64,000 nucleotides of DNA, from the NCBI GenBank assembly GCA_963719775.1, contig CAVRCY010000011.1, positions 6,156 to 70,155 of the forward strand. The letters are read 5' to 3'. This DNA comes from an uncultured Acidimicrobiia bacterium. GTDB lineage: Bacteria; Actinomycetota; Acidimicrobiia; Acidimicrobiales; Ilumatobacteraceae. The translations under genes and the position numbers were made by a program. Below the pieces are notes generated by a model. It saw nothing but the letters and a program-made list of their open reading frames with translations. It searched no databases and was not told the DNA's origin. Of this stretch, positions 19,875-29,470 are shown one piece after another; the first letter of the stretch is position 1; every line of letters starts with the position of its first letter.

Positions 19875-19882
19875 CATCGATC

Positions 19883-19898
19883 GTCACCGGCCGGTGAC
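19883..19898 (+). terminator. GC hairpin GTCACC-GGCC-GGTGAC after the YceI gene
   Basis: Perfect 16-bp palindrome 9 nt after the stop codon; no T-tract. Confidence 0.35.
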
Positions 19899-19974
19899 CG
19901 CTCGGGGATGTCTGATCGACCACCTCCAGATCGACGTCATCCAGCTCGACGAGCTCGGCTGAGAGCGCGCCGAG

Positions 19975-21597
19975 GTGAGCACCGCTGTGCAGCCGACGCC
20001 GCCAGGTCCGCGCGCTCCGTTGACGACGATGGGCTCCGGCCGCACGATCGCTTGGCTGCTGGAGGTACGAGCAGCGAATCGATCGGCGCATCCGTTGCTT
20101 GTCTGGGAGCCGTTCACCGGTGTCGGGCGCACTTGGACATATGCCGAGTTCACCCACGACGTCGCGGCGATCGGTGGAGGGCTGCGCCGCCGCGGCGTCG
20201 GCGCCGGCGACCTGGTGCTGCTCCACCTCGACAACTGCCCAGAGTTCGTTCTCACCTGGTTCGCGTGTGCCTGGATCGGGGCGGTCGCCGTCTGCACGAA
20301 CACCCGATCCTCACAGGACGAGATCAGCTACTTCGGCAGCCACTCGGGCGCTTCGGTCGTCGTCACTCAACCCAGCCTGGCTCGGCGCGCGACCAACGCC
20401 ATCCCCGACGCCAGGGCGGTGTTCGTCACCGACCACAACGCCGGCGAAGCGGTGGCGGCCAGCGACCGCCCCGCCCGCTCCGACCGCTTCGCCACCCTGC
20501 TGGACGGCGAGCCGGGACCGGCGCATCGGGTTGGCACCCTCGATCCGGTCCTGGTGCTCTACACCTCGGGGACGACAGGCCGCCCGAAAGCGGCCACGTG
20601 GAGCAACGCCAACACCATGTGGGCAGCCAAGGTCAATGGCGCCCACTCGGGGCTCGGGCCCGGCGACGTCACGCAGGTGTACCTGCCGTTGTTCCACACC
20701 AACGCGCAGTCCTACTCGATCCTGCCCACGCTGTGGGCAGGCGGGACCGCCGTGCTTCAGCCACGGTTCTCCGCGTCGCGCTTCTGGGATGTGGCGCAGA
20801 AGCACGGCTGCACGTTCGCCTCCCAGATCAACTTTGCGCTGCGGGCCCTGGGCACCCGCGACGTCCCCGAACGGCACACCTTCACACGCTGGGGAGCAGC
20901 CATTTCCGGGCATCCGCTGGAGAAGCTCTTCAACGTCCCGACGTTCGGCTGGTACGGGATGACCGAAACCGTCGCCGCCCCGATCGTCGGCGACCTGCTG
21001 CTACCGAGTCGGCCCGGGACGATCGGTCGCGCCGCATCCCAGTACGAGATCGCCGTGCTCGGCTCGGACGGCAGCCCCGTCGGCATCGGTGAGACCGGGG
21101 ATCTCCGGGTGCGAGGCGTCTGCGGGATCTCGCTCTTCTCCGGCTATCTGCATGACGAGGCAGCCACCAGAGCCGCCTTCGACGAGCAGGGCTGGTTGAT
21201 CACCGGCGACCGGGTGACCGTGTACGAGGACGGCTCGATCAGCTACGCCGACCGCAGCAAGGACATGCTCCGAGTGGGCGGCGAGAACGTCGCCGCGTCC
21301 GAGATCGAGCGGGTCATCCTGAGCGTCGCCGGCGTCGCGGAGGCGGCGGTTGTCGGAGCTCCCGACGCCATGCTGGACGAGGTCCCGGTCGCCTTTGTGG
21401 TGGCCCTGCCCGATTGGGCCGGGGGCAGCACGCTCGCCGACGCCGTCCTTGCGGCATGCCGTCGGGAACTGGCGGACTTCAAGATTCCCCGCGAGGTCAG
21501 GATCCTGGAGGAGTTGCCTCGTGCCACATTGGAGAAGGTTGCCAAGCACGAGTTGCGCAAGTTGCTGAGGCCCGTCACGAACTCTCCACCTCGCTGA
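19975..21597 (+). CDS. AMP-dependent acyl-CoA ligase
   Basis: LYTSGTTGRPKAA, GMTE, GDRVTVYEDGSISYADRSKDMLRVGGENVAASEIE, LEKVAKHELRK. Confidence 0.85.
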   Translation: MSTAVQPTPPGPRAPLTTMGSGRTIAWLLEVRAANRSAHPLLVWEPFTGVGRTWTYAEFTHDVAAIGGGLRRRGVGAGDLVLLHLDNCPEFVLTWFACAWIGAVAVCTNTRSSQDEISYFGSHSGASVVVTQPSLARRATNAIPDARAVFVTDHNAGEAVAASDRPARSDRFATLLDGEPGPAHRVGTLDPVLVLYTSGTTGRPKAATWSNANTMWAAKVNGAHSGLGPGDVTQVYLPLFHTNAQSYSILPTLWAGGTAVLQPRFSASRFWDVAQKHGCTFASQINFALRALGTRDVPERHTFTRWGAAISGHPLEKLFNVPTFGWYGMTETVAAPIVGDLLLPSRPGTIGRAASQYEIAVLGSDGSPVGIGETGDLRVRGVCGISLFSGYLHDEAATRAAFDEQGWLITGDRVTVYEDGSISYADRSKDMLRVGGENVAASEIERVILSVAGVAEAAVVGAPDAMLDEVPVAFVVALPDWAGGSTLADAVLAACRRELADFKIPREVRILEELPRATLEKVAKHELRKLLRPVTNSPPR

Positions 21598-21603
21598 CCA
21601 CGC

Positions 21604-23605
21604 TCACCGCTGCCTGTCAGCCATTCCTACGAGGACGTCGCCGGCGTCGATCCGGTCGCCCACGTGGACGAAGACCTCCGAGACGGTGCCGTCCGAGGTG
21701 GCCGCCACCCGGTGCTCCATCTTCATCGCCTCGATGACGATGAGGAGCTGACCTTCGACGACGTCATCTCCTGGGACCACATGGACAGCGACGACCATGC
21801 CTGGCAACGGCGCGGTCGCTTCGCCCACGGCCCGGGCCGCGTTCGCGGAGGGGAAACGGTGAGACCAGCCGGAAGGCGGCCCGACCGACGATGCTCGACG
21901 TCGAAGCCCGTTCGCCGTTCATCTCGACGCCCACGCGACGGCGCACTCCGTCGATCTCGACCGCGGTCAGCGCGTCGGAGCCCCATCGCCGGACCGTCAT
22001 CGATCGACGTTCGTCGCGAGACAGCGCGCCGTCCGTGCCGGGTACGGGCCACCGTCCAACGTCGACGACGACGACGTCCGGCGCGCGGGCATGCAGCTCC
22101 AGGTGGATCTCCTCGCCGGTCGTCTCGTCGAGCCAGGTCTGGCGTTGGCCACATGTCGGCACGTTCCGCCACCCCGAAGGCGCGAAGCCCCAGTGGCTGT
22201 CCGCTTCGCGATCCCTCTGCTCGAGCGCCAGCGAGGCGGCGACCACCAGGCACAGTCGGTCATCTCCCGTCGGCCCGATCGCCTCGGCAACCCGGGGATG
22301 CTCTGCCAGGTAGGTGGTCGGCGTGGCCGCGGACAGGAAGTCGGGGTCGGCGAGGATGGCGGCGAGTGCGTCGGCGTTGGTTTGGCACCCGTCGATGCGT
22401 GCCGATCGCAGCGCTCGCGCCAGCCGTCGTGCTGCCTCGAGACGCGTCGGCGCATGCGCGATGACCTTGGCCAGGAGGGAGTCGTAGTGGGAGCTGACGA
22501 CGCTGCCGACTCCAACGCCGGCATCGGTGCGAACGGTTTCGTCGACAACGAACGCAGTGACGATCCCGGTGCCAGGCAGCCAGCCTTCTGCTGGGCTCTC
22601 CGCGACCAGGCGCACCTCGATGGCGTGCCCGCGGATCGTCACGTCGGTCTGATCGATCGGCAACGGCTCCCCCGCCGCCACCCGCAGCTGGAGCTCGACG
22701 AGATCCAGGCCCGTGACGGCTTCCGTGACTGGATGCTCGACCTGGAGCCTGGTGTTGACCTCGAGGAAGTTGACGACCCCGTCGTCGGCCACCAGGAACT
22801 CGACAGTCCCGGCACTCTGGTAGCCAACGTGGGAGGCGAGGGCGAGTGCGCCGTCGCACAGCGCAGACCTTGTCTCGGAGTCGAGGAACGCCGAAGGTGC
22901 CTCCTCGACGACCTTCTGGTTGCGTCGCTGGATCGAGCACTCGCGCTCGCCCAGGTGCACCACCCGGCCGTAGGCGTCGCCGACGATCTGGATCTCGATG
23001 TGACGGCCCCGTTCGATGAACGGCTCGATGAACACCGTGGCGTCGTCGAAGGCCGCCTCGGCTTCGCGCGCCGCAGCCTCGATCGAGGCCGGGAGCTGAT
23101 GATGCTCGCGCACGATGCGCATCCCCCGTCCACCGCCTCCGGCGGCAGCCTTCACCAGCACGGGCAGCTCGAGGTCTGTGGGAACGTTGCCGCGTCGGAC
23201 CTCGCGCATCGGTGCGGTGGGCACTCCCGCCGCGACCGCGGCATGCTTGGCCTTGACCTTGTTGCCCAACAGGGCGATCTGGTCTGGGGTGGGGCCGACC
23301 CAGATCAGGCCGGCGTCGATCACCGCTCTGGCGAAGGTCGCGCTCTCGGAGAGGAAGCCGTAGCCAGGGTGCACGGCGTCGCATCCGGTCGCCAGCGCAG
23401 CCTGGAGGACGGCCTCGCGGTGCAGGTACGACTCGCTCGCGGTCGTCCCTCCGAGGGCGACGGCGATGTCGACGGCGTCAACATGGAGCGCGGCGACGTC
23501 GGGCTCGGAGTAGACGCCGACGGTCTCGACGCCGAGGCGGCGCGCTGTGCGGGCGATCCGGATGGCGATCTCGCCTCGGTTGGCGATGAGCATCCGGCTC
23601 AGCAT
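21604..23605 (-). pseudogene. biotin carboxylase plus BCCP subunit of an MCC/GCC-like acyl-CoA carboxylase; frame break at the GGGG/CCCC run 21850-21853
   Basis: ATG 23605 (MLSRMLIANRGEIAIRIART...) overlaps the stop of the upstream subunit. The biotinyl domain with EAMKMEH is a separate ORF (21604..21828). Removing one C in TTTCCCC joins ...RLVSPFP to SANAARAVGEATAPLPGMVVAV. Confidence 0.85.
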
Positions 23606-25212
23606 CAGTGCCTCCACACCCCGTACTCGCGTGTGCCGCGGACGTCGGCTCCGTGGACGACGGAGAGGGCGATGCCCAGCACCGTGCGCGTGTCCCGCGG
23701 ATCGATGATCCCGTCGTCCCAGACGCGTCCGGTTGCGTAGAGGGCGGTCGATTCCTTGTCGATCTGCTGCTCGAGGGCGAGCGTCCGCGCCTCCAGCGCG
23801 TCCTCGTCGACCGCGACGCCGCGTCCGGCGGCGGCGTTCCTGGCGACGATGTCCATGACGCCTGCGAGTTGCCGGGGGCCCATCACGGCGAGGCGGTGAT
23901 TCGGCCACGTGAAGATGAAGCGCGGGTCGTAGGCCCGGCCCGACATGCCGTAGTTGCCTGCGCCGTAGCTTGCGCCCACCATCAGCACCAGATGCGGGAC
24001 CGCCGAGTTGGAGACGGCATTGATGAGCTTCGCCCCGTTCTTGATGATCCCGCCTCGCTCCGCCTGCGTGCCGACCATGAACCCTGTGATGTTCTGCAGG
24101 AAGACGAGCGGGGTGTCGGCCCGGTTGCAGAGCTGGATGAACTGCGCCCCCTTGGCCGCCTCTTCTGAGAAGAGGATGCCGTTGTTCGCCAGCACGCCGA
24201 CGGGGAAGCCGCAGATCGACCCCCATCCACACACCAGCTTGTCGCCATAGAGCGGCTTGAACTCCTCGCAGCGACTGCCGTCGAGGACCCGTGCGAGGAT
24301 CTCCCTCACCTCGAAGGGGATTCGCACATCGGCAGATGCGCACCCGAGCAGGTCGGCTGGGTCGTAGAGGGCGTCGTCGGCGGGCTCGGAGGCACCCGGT
24401 CCGCGCTTGGTCCAGCGGAGGTGGCGGACGATGTCCCGTCCGATGCGCACTGCGTCGAGATCGTCGGCTGCAAGCTGATCGGAGAGGCCGCTGACGCGTG
24501 AGTGCATTTCCGCGCCACCCAACGTCTCCTCGTCGACCTCCTCGTCGATGGCCATCTTCACGAGCGGGGGACCGCCGAGGTAGGCGGTCGACCGCTTCTG
24601 GACCATGACGACGTAGTCGCTCATCCCGGGAAGGTAGGCGCCTCCCGCAGTGGCCGGTCCGAAGCCCAGAGTGATGCTCGGGATTCCCGTGCGGGAGAGT
24701 CGGGTGAGGTTCCGGAACTGCTCACCTCCCGGAATGAAGATGTCAGCCTGCTGAGGGAGGTCGGCGCCAGCGGACTCGTTCAACATGATCAGCGGCAGGC
24801 GGTTGCGCTCGACGATCTCATGGAGTCGGGCCACCTTCTTGACGGTGGTCGGGCTGGACGAGCCGCCCCGTACGGTCATGTCGGAGGCGCTCACCGCCAC
24901 CTCCGCGCCCTCGACGATGCCGATCCCCGTGACGATCCCGGCCCCGACGGGATCCGCTGATCCCCACCCGGCCAGCGGGCTCAGCTCCAAGAACGGTGTG
25001 TGCCGATCGACGAGCGCCTCGATCCGCTCGCGGACGAGCAGCTTGCCGCGGGATCGGTGCCGGTCGATGTAGCGCTGGCCCCCGACCGCCGGCACGGCCG
25101 CCATCTCGGCCTGCACGGCGGTCCACAGGGCCGTCATCGCCGCGAGGTTGGTCTGATACTCGGCCGATCGGGTGTCCAACCGGCTCGTCAGAACAACGTG
25201 CCGGCTGCTCAC
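23605..25212 (-). CDS. acyl-CoA carboxylase carboxyltransferase (beta) subunit, methylcrotonyl/geranyl-CoA carboxylase type
   Basis: 535 aa, with GKLLVRERIEALVD, MTVRGGSSSPTTVKK, GPATAGGAYLPGMSD, FLQNITGFMVG, GASYGAGNYGMSGRAY. Confidence 0.9.
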   Translation of the reverse strand: MSSRHVVLTSRLDTRSAEYQTNLAAMTALWTAVQAEMAAVPAVGGQRYIDRHRSRGKLLVRERIEALVDRHTPFLELSPLAGWGSADPVGAGIVTGIGIVEGAEVAVSASDMTVRGGSSSPTTVKKVARLHEIVERNRLPLIMLNESAGADLPQQADIFIPGGEQFRNLTRLSRTGIPSITLGFGPATAGGAYLPGMSDYVVMVQKRSTAYLGGPPLVKMAIDEEVDEETLGGAEMHSRVSGLSDQLAADDLDAVRIGRDIVRHLRWTKRGPGASEPADDALYDPADLLGCASADVRIPFEVREILARVLDGSRCEEFKPLYGDKLVCGWGSICGFPVGVLANNGILFSEEAAKGAQFIQLCNRADTPLVFLQNITGFMVGTQAERGGIIKNGAKLINAVSNSAVPHLVLMVGASYGAGNYGMSGRAYDPRFIFTWPNHRLAVMGPRQLAGVMDIVARNAAAGRGVAVDEDALEARTLALEQQIDKESTALYATGRVWDDGIIDPRDTRTVLGIALSVVHGADVRGTREYGVWRH

Positions 25213-25224
25213 GTCGTTCGGGCT

Positions 25225-26067
25225 TCAGGTCGAAACGAATCGCTGCCGAAGCTCGCCGATGCCCTCGACGGTGGTGACGAGCTCGTCACCGACTGTGAGG
25301 TAGACAGGTGGCTTGCGGGCCGCTCCGACCCCGGCGGGGGTGCCGGTGAAGATGACGTCTCCGGGGAGGAGCGGGAGCTTCGCGGACAGTTCAGCGATCA
25401 GGGCGGGCACCGAGAACACAAGGCTCGAGGTGCGGCCCTTCTGCATCTGCTGGCCGTTGACGGTGCAGCCGACCTCCAGGTCGTCTCGGTCGGCGAGCTC
25501 GTCGACGGTGACCAACCAAGGGCCGGTCGGACCAAAGCCTGGGAACGACTTGCCCAAGCTCCACTGTGGCCACTGGTTCTTCATCTGCTCAGTGCGGTCG
25601 GTGAGGTCCTGCCCGGCGGTCAGGCCGGCCACGTGGTCCCAGGCCTGTGCGGCCGGGACGTGGCGGGCCCGCTTGCCGAGCACGACGACAAGCTCGGCCT
25701 CCCAGTCCACGGTCGGTCCGGTGAGCACGACGTCGCCGACGGGTCCGGTCATCGAGGTGGGGAACTTCGTGAAGACGACCGGGAACTCGGGGAGTTCGAG
25801 CTTGGCCTCGGCGCTGTGCGCCTCGTAGTTGGCGCCGATCCCGAAGACCTGAGCGGGCCGGGGGCTGGGAGCGCCGAGCTCCCTCATCTCGAACGGGACC
25901 GTGTCGGCAGAGATGTTCGCCTGCGCCGCCCATTCACGGAAGTGGTCCCATCGTTCGTAGACCGCTTGCGGGTCGGCGTCGAATCGTCCGCCGCTCGCCG
26001 TCGCGACGTCGACGGCTCCTGCGTCCGTGAACAGGGTGAGCCTGCCAGCGAGGTTTCCGATGCGCAC
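25225..26067 (-). CDS. fumarylacetoacetate hydrolase (FAH) family protein
   Basis: GTG 26067 lies 8 nt after the hydroxylase stop. VFGIGANYEAH, WEAELVVVLGK, GQDLTDR, PGDVIFTGTPAGVG. Confidence 0.8.
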   Translation of the reverse strand: MRIGNLAGRLTLFTDAGAVDVATASGGRFDADPQAVYERWDHFREWAAQANISADTVPFEMRELGAPSPRPAQVFGIGANYEAHSAEAKLELPEFPVVFTKFPTSMTGPVGDVVLTGPTVDWEAELVVVLGKRARHVPAAQAWDHVAGLTAGQDLTDRTEQMKNQWPQWSLGKSFPGFGPTGPWLVTVDELADRDDLEVGCTVNGQQMQKGRTSSLVFSVPALIAELSAKLPLLPGDVIFTGTPAGVGAARKPPVYLTVGDELVTTVEGIGELRQRFVST

Positions 26068-26075
26068 GGGTCCGC

Positions 26076-27872
26076 CTACGCGATGCTCAGGTCGAGGATC
26101 TGGCTGAAGGCGGACGAGAGGACCGCCAAGGGGTCGTCGACTGCGGCGACCGCGCGGAAGCCGATGTACCCGTCGGGGCGGACCAGCACTGCTCCTTCCG
26201 GTGAGATCTCGCGGATTTTCCGCCACGCCAAACGCACGTCGACGAGGTCGACATCTCCGAGCCCGACCCGGGCCGTTCGCAGCGGGATGCCATATTGCTC
26301 GGCGATCTTCGTGCCGGCCGCCACCCATGCCTGGCCGTCTTCGCCGGCGATGAGGGCGAAGTGGCCGCCGTGCACCAAGGATCGCAGCGCCAGCCGCTCG
26401 CCCGAGCGTTCGACCCAGGCGTGGGGCAGTGGGTGTCCCGGCCTGCTGCTCGGTTGGTAGAGCCGCACCTCATCCAGCGGGACGGGGGCGAGCGAGTCGT
26501 CACCGACGATCGCGGCGGATTCGTAGGTGTACCCGAAGTCGATGTTGTGCTGGTGGTACTCGACGGTGCGGTCGCCCAGCCACTGGTTGAACTCGTGCCG
26601 TCGCTCGGCCGCGCCGGGAACGTCCTCCCAGAACATGCGCAGCGCAGCCCAGTTCTCTTCGACGCTGCTTTCGGGTGAGACTCCGAGTGCGTCGGCGGTC
26701 TCGACCTGGCTGACGGCACCGTGAGTCGCCGCATGGATGTTGCGCTGGTTGACCGGTCGACGCTCGGCGGTGTACGTGTCGAGGAGGCCGTCACCGGCTC
26801 TGCCGGCGAGGACTGCGGCGATCTTCCAGCAGAGGTTGTAGGCGTCCTGAACGGCGCTGTTGAGGCCCAGTCCGCCGGAGGGTGGGACGCGGTGCGCGGC
26901 GTCGCCGAGCAGGAACACGCGGTCGGCGCGGAAGTCGTCGGCAAGGACGGTCTCCAGATGCCATTCGCTGACGCCGAGAACCTTCGGATCGAACTCCGGG
27001 ATCCCCAGTGCCTCACGGCCCCACTGCACCATCTTGTCGGGCTGCGAGGCGTCGACATCGGGGCGAGACACCGCGAGCAGCCACTCCTCTGAGTCACGGC
27101 CCCATCGGCCCGGACCCTGTGGAACGAGAACGGCGCCATAGTCCAGGTGCTCTGGGTACTCAGGGTTGAAGACCCAGATGAGGATCGCGTCGTCGGCTTC
27201 CCGAAGGTAGTGCGAGAGATCGACGGCGAGATAGAGGCTGACCAGCTTCCGGAACTTCTGGACGCTACCCATGCTGATGCCGGCGAGCTCGCCCACTGTT
27301 CGTCCTGCGTCAGCGCCGAGCACGTAGGCGGAGCGCACGGTGTAGGTCTCGTGGGTGTCGCGGTTCAACACGGTCGAGGTCACACCTTCAGCGTCCTGCT
27401 CGAGGTCGATCAGCTCGTGGTGGAACCGGATGGTCGCCTCGGGGAGCTGCTCCGCGTGCGCCCTCAGGATCGGCTCGCTGCGCAGCAGCGAGAGGTTGGC
27501 GGAGGCGCACGGGCTGGCGGCGACGTAATCCGGGTCGGTGTAGCCGCCGCCCCATGCCTCGATGAACCCGAGACGGCGGCCATGGCCGTCCTCTGGTCCC
27601 CCGCCGGCGAGTCCTGAATACCAGCCGACTCCCCTCATGTTCGCCGGGGGTGTGCCGACGGCTTGGATCGCCGCGGCGACGCCCATGTCGGTGAAGATCT
27701 CCATGGTGCGCTGGTTGAGGATGTGACCTCTCGGCAGTCTCGTCGTCTCCGCGTAGCGCGTGACGAGCAGCGAGCTGACGCCGAGGTTGGACAGGAGGAT
27801 CGACGCGGTGAGGCCGGCGCCACCCCCGCCCACGATCAAGACGGGAACCTCGATGTCGATCCTTCTGGTCAT
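26076..27872 (-). CDS. FAD-dependent aromatic-ring monooxygenase (PheA/TfdB-like, about 600 aa)
   Basis: VLIVGGGGAGLTASILL (GxGxxG), LLGDAAHRVPPSGGLGLNSAVQDAYNLCWKIA, and a long C-terminal domain as in phenol/chlorophenol hydroxylases. Confidence 0.85.
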   Translation of the reverse strand: MTRRIDIEVPVLIVGGGGAGLTASILLSNLGVSSLLVTRYAETTRLPRGHILNQRTMEIFTDMGVAAAIQAVGTPPANMRGVGWYSGLAGGGPEDGHGRRLGFIEAWGGGYTDPDYVAASPCASANLSLLRSEPILRAHAEQLPEATIRFHHELIDLEQDAEGVTSTVLNRDTHETYTVRSAYVLGADAGRTVGELAGISMGSVQKFRKLVSLYLAVDLSHYLREADDAILIWVFNPEYPEHLDYGAVLVPQGPGRWGRDSEEWLLAVSRPDVDASQPDKMVQWGREALGIPEFDPKVLGVSEWHLETVLADDFRADRVFLLGDAAHRVPPSGGLGLNSAVQDAYNLCWKIAAVLAGRAGDGLLDTYTAERRPVNQRNIHAATHGAVSQVETADALGVSPESSVEENWAALRMFWEDVPGAAERRHEFNQWLGDRTVEYHQHNIDFGYTYESAAIVGDDSLAPVPLDEVRLYQPSSRPGHPLPHAWVERSGERLALRSLVHGGHFALIAGEDGQAWVAAGTKIAEQYGIPLRTARVGLGDVDLVDVRLAWRKIREISPEGAVLVRPDGYIGFRAVAAVDDPLAVLSSAFSQILDLSIA

Positions 27873-27908
27873 TCTCGTTGACTCCTTCGTTGACGGCGCC
27901 TCGGCGAT

Positions 27909-28670
27909 CTAGCTCGCGGTGGCATCGGCCTCTTCGGGCAGCACGGTGTCGCCGAGGTAGCTCGCCTCCAAGAGGTCTCGCCGGTCGGCGAGTTCGGCGC
28001 CGGAGCCGTGCAAGACGATCTCACCGTGGTTCATGACGTAGGCGCGGTCGGCGACAGTGAGTGCCATGTGAATGTGCTGCTCGACGATGAGCACGCCGAT
28101 GCCGGTCTGGTCGGCGACGTCGCGCACGATGGGCAGCAGGCGTTCGACGATGATCGGCGCCAGGCCCAGGCTCATCTCGTCGACCATCAGCACCTTGGGG
28201 TCCGAGACCAAGGCGCGCGCCAGAGCGAGCATCTGTTGTTCGCCACCCGACAGCAGCCCGGCGCGCCGTTCCGTGAGGGCGCGCAGGTCTGGCAGCAGCT
28301 CGAGGGCGCGGGCGTAGCGCGCCCGCTGGTCGGCGCGGGTGCCGCGCAGGCCCAACTTCAGGTTCTCCGCCACGGTGAGGCCGAAGAAGAGCGATCGATC
28401 CTCCGGCACGTGCCCGAGGCCCCGCTGGGCCATCTTGTGTGGTGCGCCGAAGGTGACCGGCTGGTCGAGCACCTTCACCGAGCCGCCGAGCACCTTGACG
28501 AGGCCCGAGATGGTGAGCAGTGTCGTGGTCTTGCCGGCGCCGTTCGGACCGAGCAGCGCGACCACTTCTCCGGGTGCCACGTGGACGGTGATGTCGCGTA
28601 TGACCGGCACTCCGGCGTAGCCCGATGCCAGGTCGTTGACGTCGATGAGGGTGCCGTTGGCATTCATCAC
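27909..28670 (-). CDS. livF: branched-chain-amino-acid-type ABC transporter ATPase (LivF-like)
   Basis: GPNGAGKTTTL, LSGGEQQMLALARAL, LMVDEMSLGLAP. Confidence 0.85.
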   Translation of the reverse strand: MMNANGTLIDVNDLASGYAGVPVIRDITVHVAPGEVVALLGPNGAGKTTTLLTISGLVKVLGGSVKVLDQPVTFGAPHKMAQRGLGHVPEDRSLFFGLTVAENLKLGLRGTRADQRARYARALELLPDLRALTERRAGLLSGGEQQMLALARALVSDPKVLMVDEMSLGLAPIIVERLLPIVRDVADQTGIGVLIVEQHIHMALTVADRAYVMNHGEIVLHGSGAELADRRDLLEASYLGDTVLPEEADATAS

Positions 28671-29470
28671 GTCGCCTTGTCGGTCTGGGCCACCTCGGCC
28701 GCGAGGGCACCGGCATCACCGCCCGTCTCGCCGAGGTAGGCCGAGATGACCGTCGGGTTCCTGCGGATCTCCGTCGGCGTGCCTTCGGCGATGATGCGCC
28801 CGAAGTCGAGGACGTAGATGTAGTCGCACACGCCCAACACCAAGCCCATGTCATGGTCGATGAGGAACACGGTGATGCCCTCGCCAAGCAGGCCGCGGAG
28901 GTGGACGCCGAGCAACTCGCTCTCGGTCGTGTCGAGTCCGGCGGCTGGCTCGTCCAACAACAACAGCTTCGGCCGGGCAGTCAGTGCCCGGGCGACGCCG
29001 ATGAGCTTTCGTTGCCCATGGGCGAGATCGGTCGGCAGACGGTCGCGGACATGGGGCAGCCCGACCGTCTCCAGCGCCCAGTCCACGTCGCTGCGTGCGT
29101 CGGCCGACGCACGGTGCACATGCACCATGTCGAGCAGCGGCGTGTACCACCGCGTCTTCTCCGCGGCCACGAGGAGGTTGTCCTCGATGGTGAGGTCCTC
29201 GAACAGTTCGAGCGACTGGAACGTCCGCACGAGTCCCCGGCTGGCTCGCTGATGAGGGGCTCGGCCACTGATGCGCTCGCCGTCGAAGATGACTTCTCCA
29301 GTGGACTCGACGTACCCGGTGATGGCATCGATGAAGGTCGTCTTGCCGGCACCGTTGGGGCCGATCAGCCCGACGAACGAGCCGGGCTCGATGACGATGC
29401 CGACGTCGTCGTTGGCTCGCAGGCCGCCGAAGGTGACCCTGAGGTCACGGGTCTCGAGCAGCGCGGTCAT
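28667..29470 (-). CDS. livG: ABC transporter ATPase (LivG-like)
   Basis: ATG 29470 overlaps the permease stop (ATGA). GPNGAGKTTFIDAITG, LAHGQRKLIGVARAL, LLLDEPAAGL. Confidence 0.85.
   Translation of the reverse strand: MTALLETRDLRVTFGGLRANDDVGIVIEPGSFVGLIGPNGAGKTTFIDAITGYVESTGEVIFDGERISGRAPHQRASRGLVRTFQSLELFEDLTIEDNLLVAAEKTRWYTPLLDMVHVHRASADARSDVDWALETVGLPHVRDRLPTDLAHGQRKLIGVARALTARPKLLLLDEPAAGLDTTESELLGVHLRGLLGEGITVFLIDHDMGLVLGVCDYIYVLDFGRIIAEGTPTEIRRNPTVISAYLGETGGDAGALAAEVAQTDKAT

Noticed and set aside
22091-23740. 549-aa plus-strand ORF
   Set aside because: It is antisense to the biotin carboxylase, whose minus-strand translation is unmistakable.
21764-24343. 859-aa ORF taken as one gene
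   Set aside because: Its first roughly 246 codons overlap the carboxyltransferase gene in another frame and are Arg-rich nonsense. The real start is ATG 23605 (MLSRMLIANRGEIA), overlapping the upstream stop.
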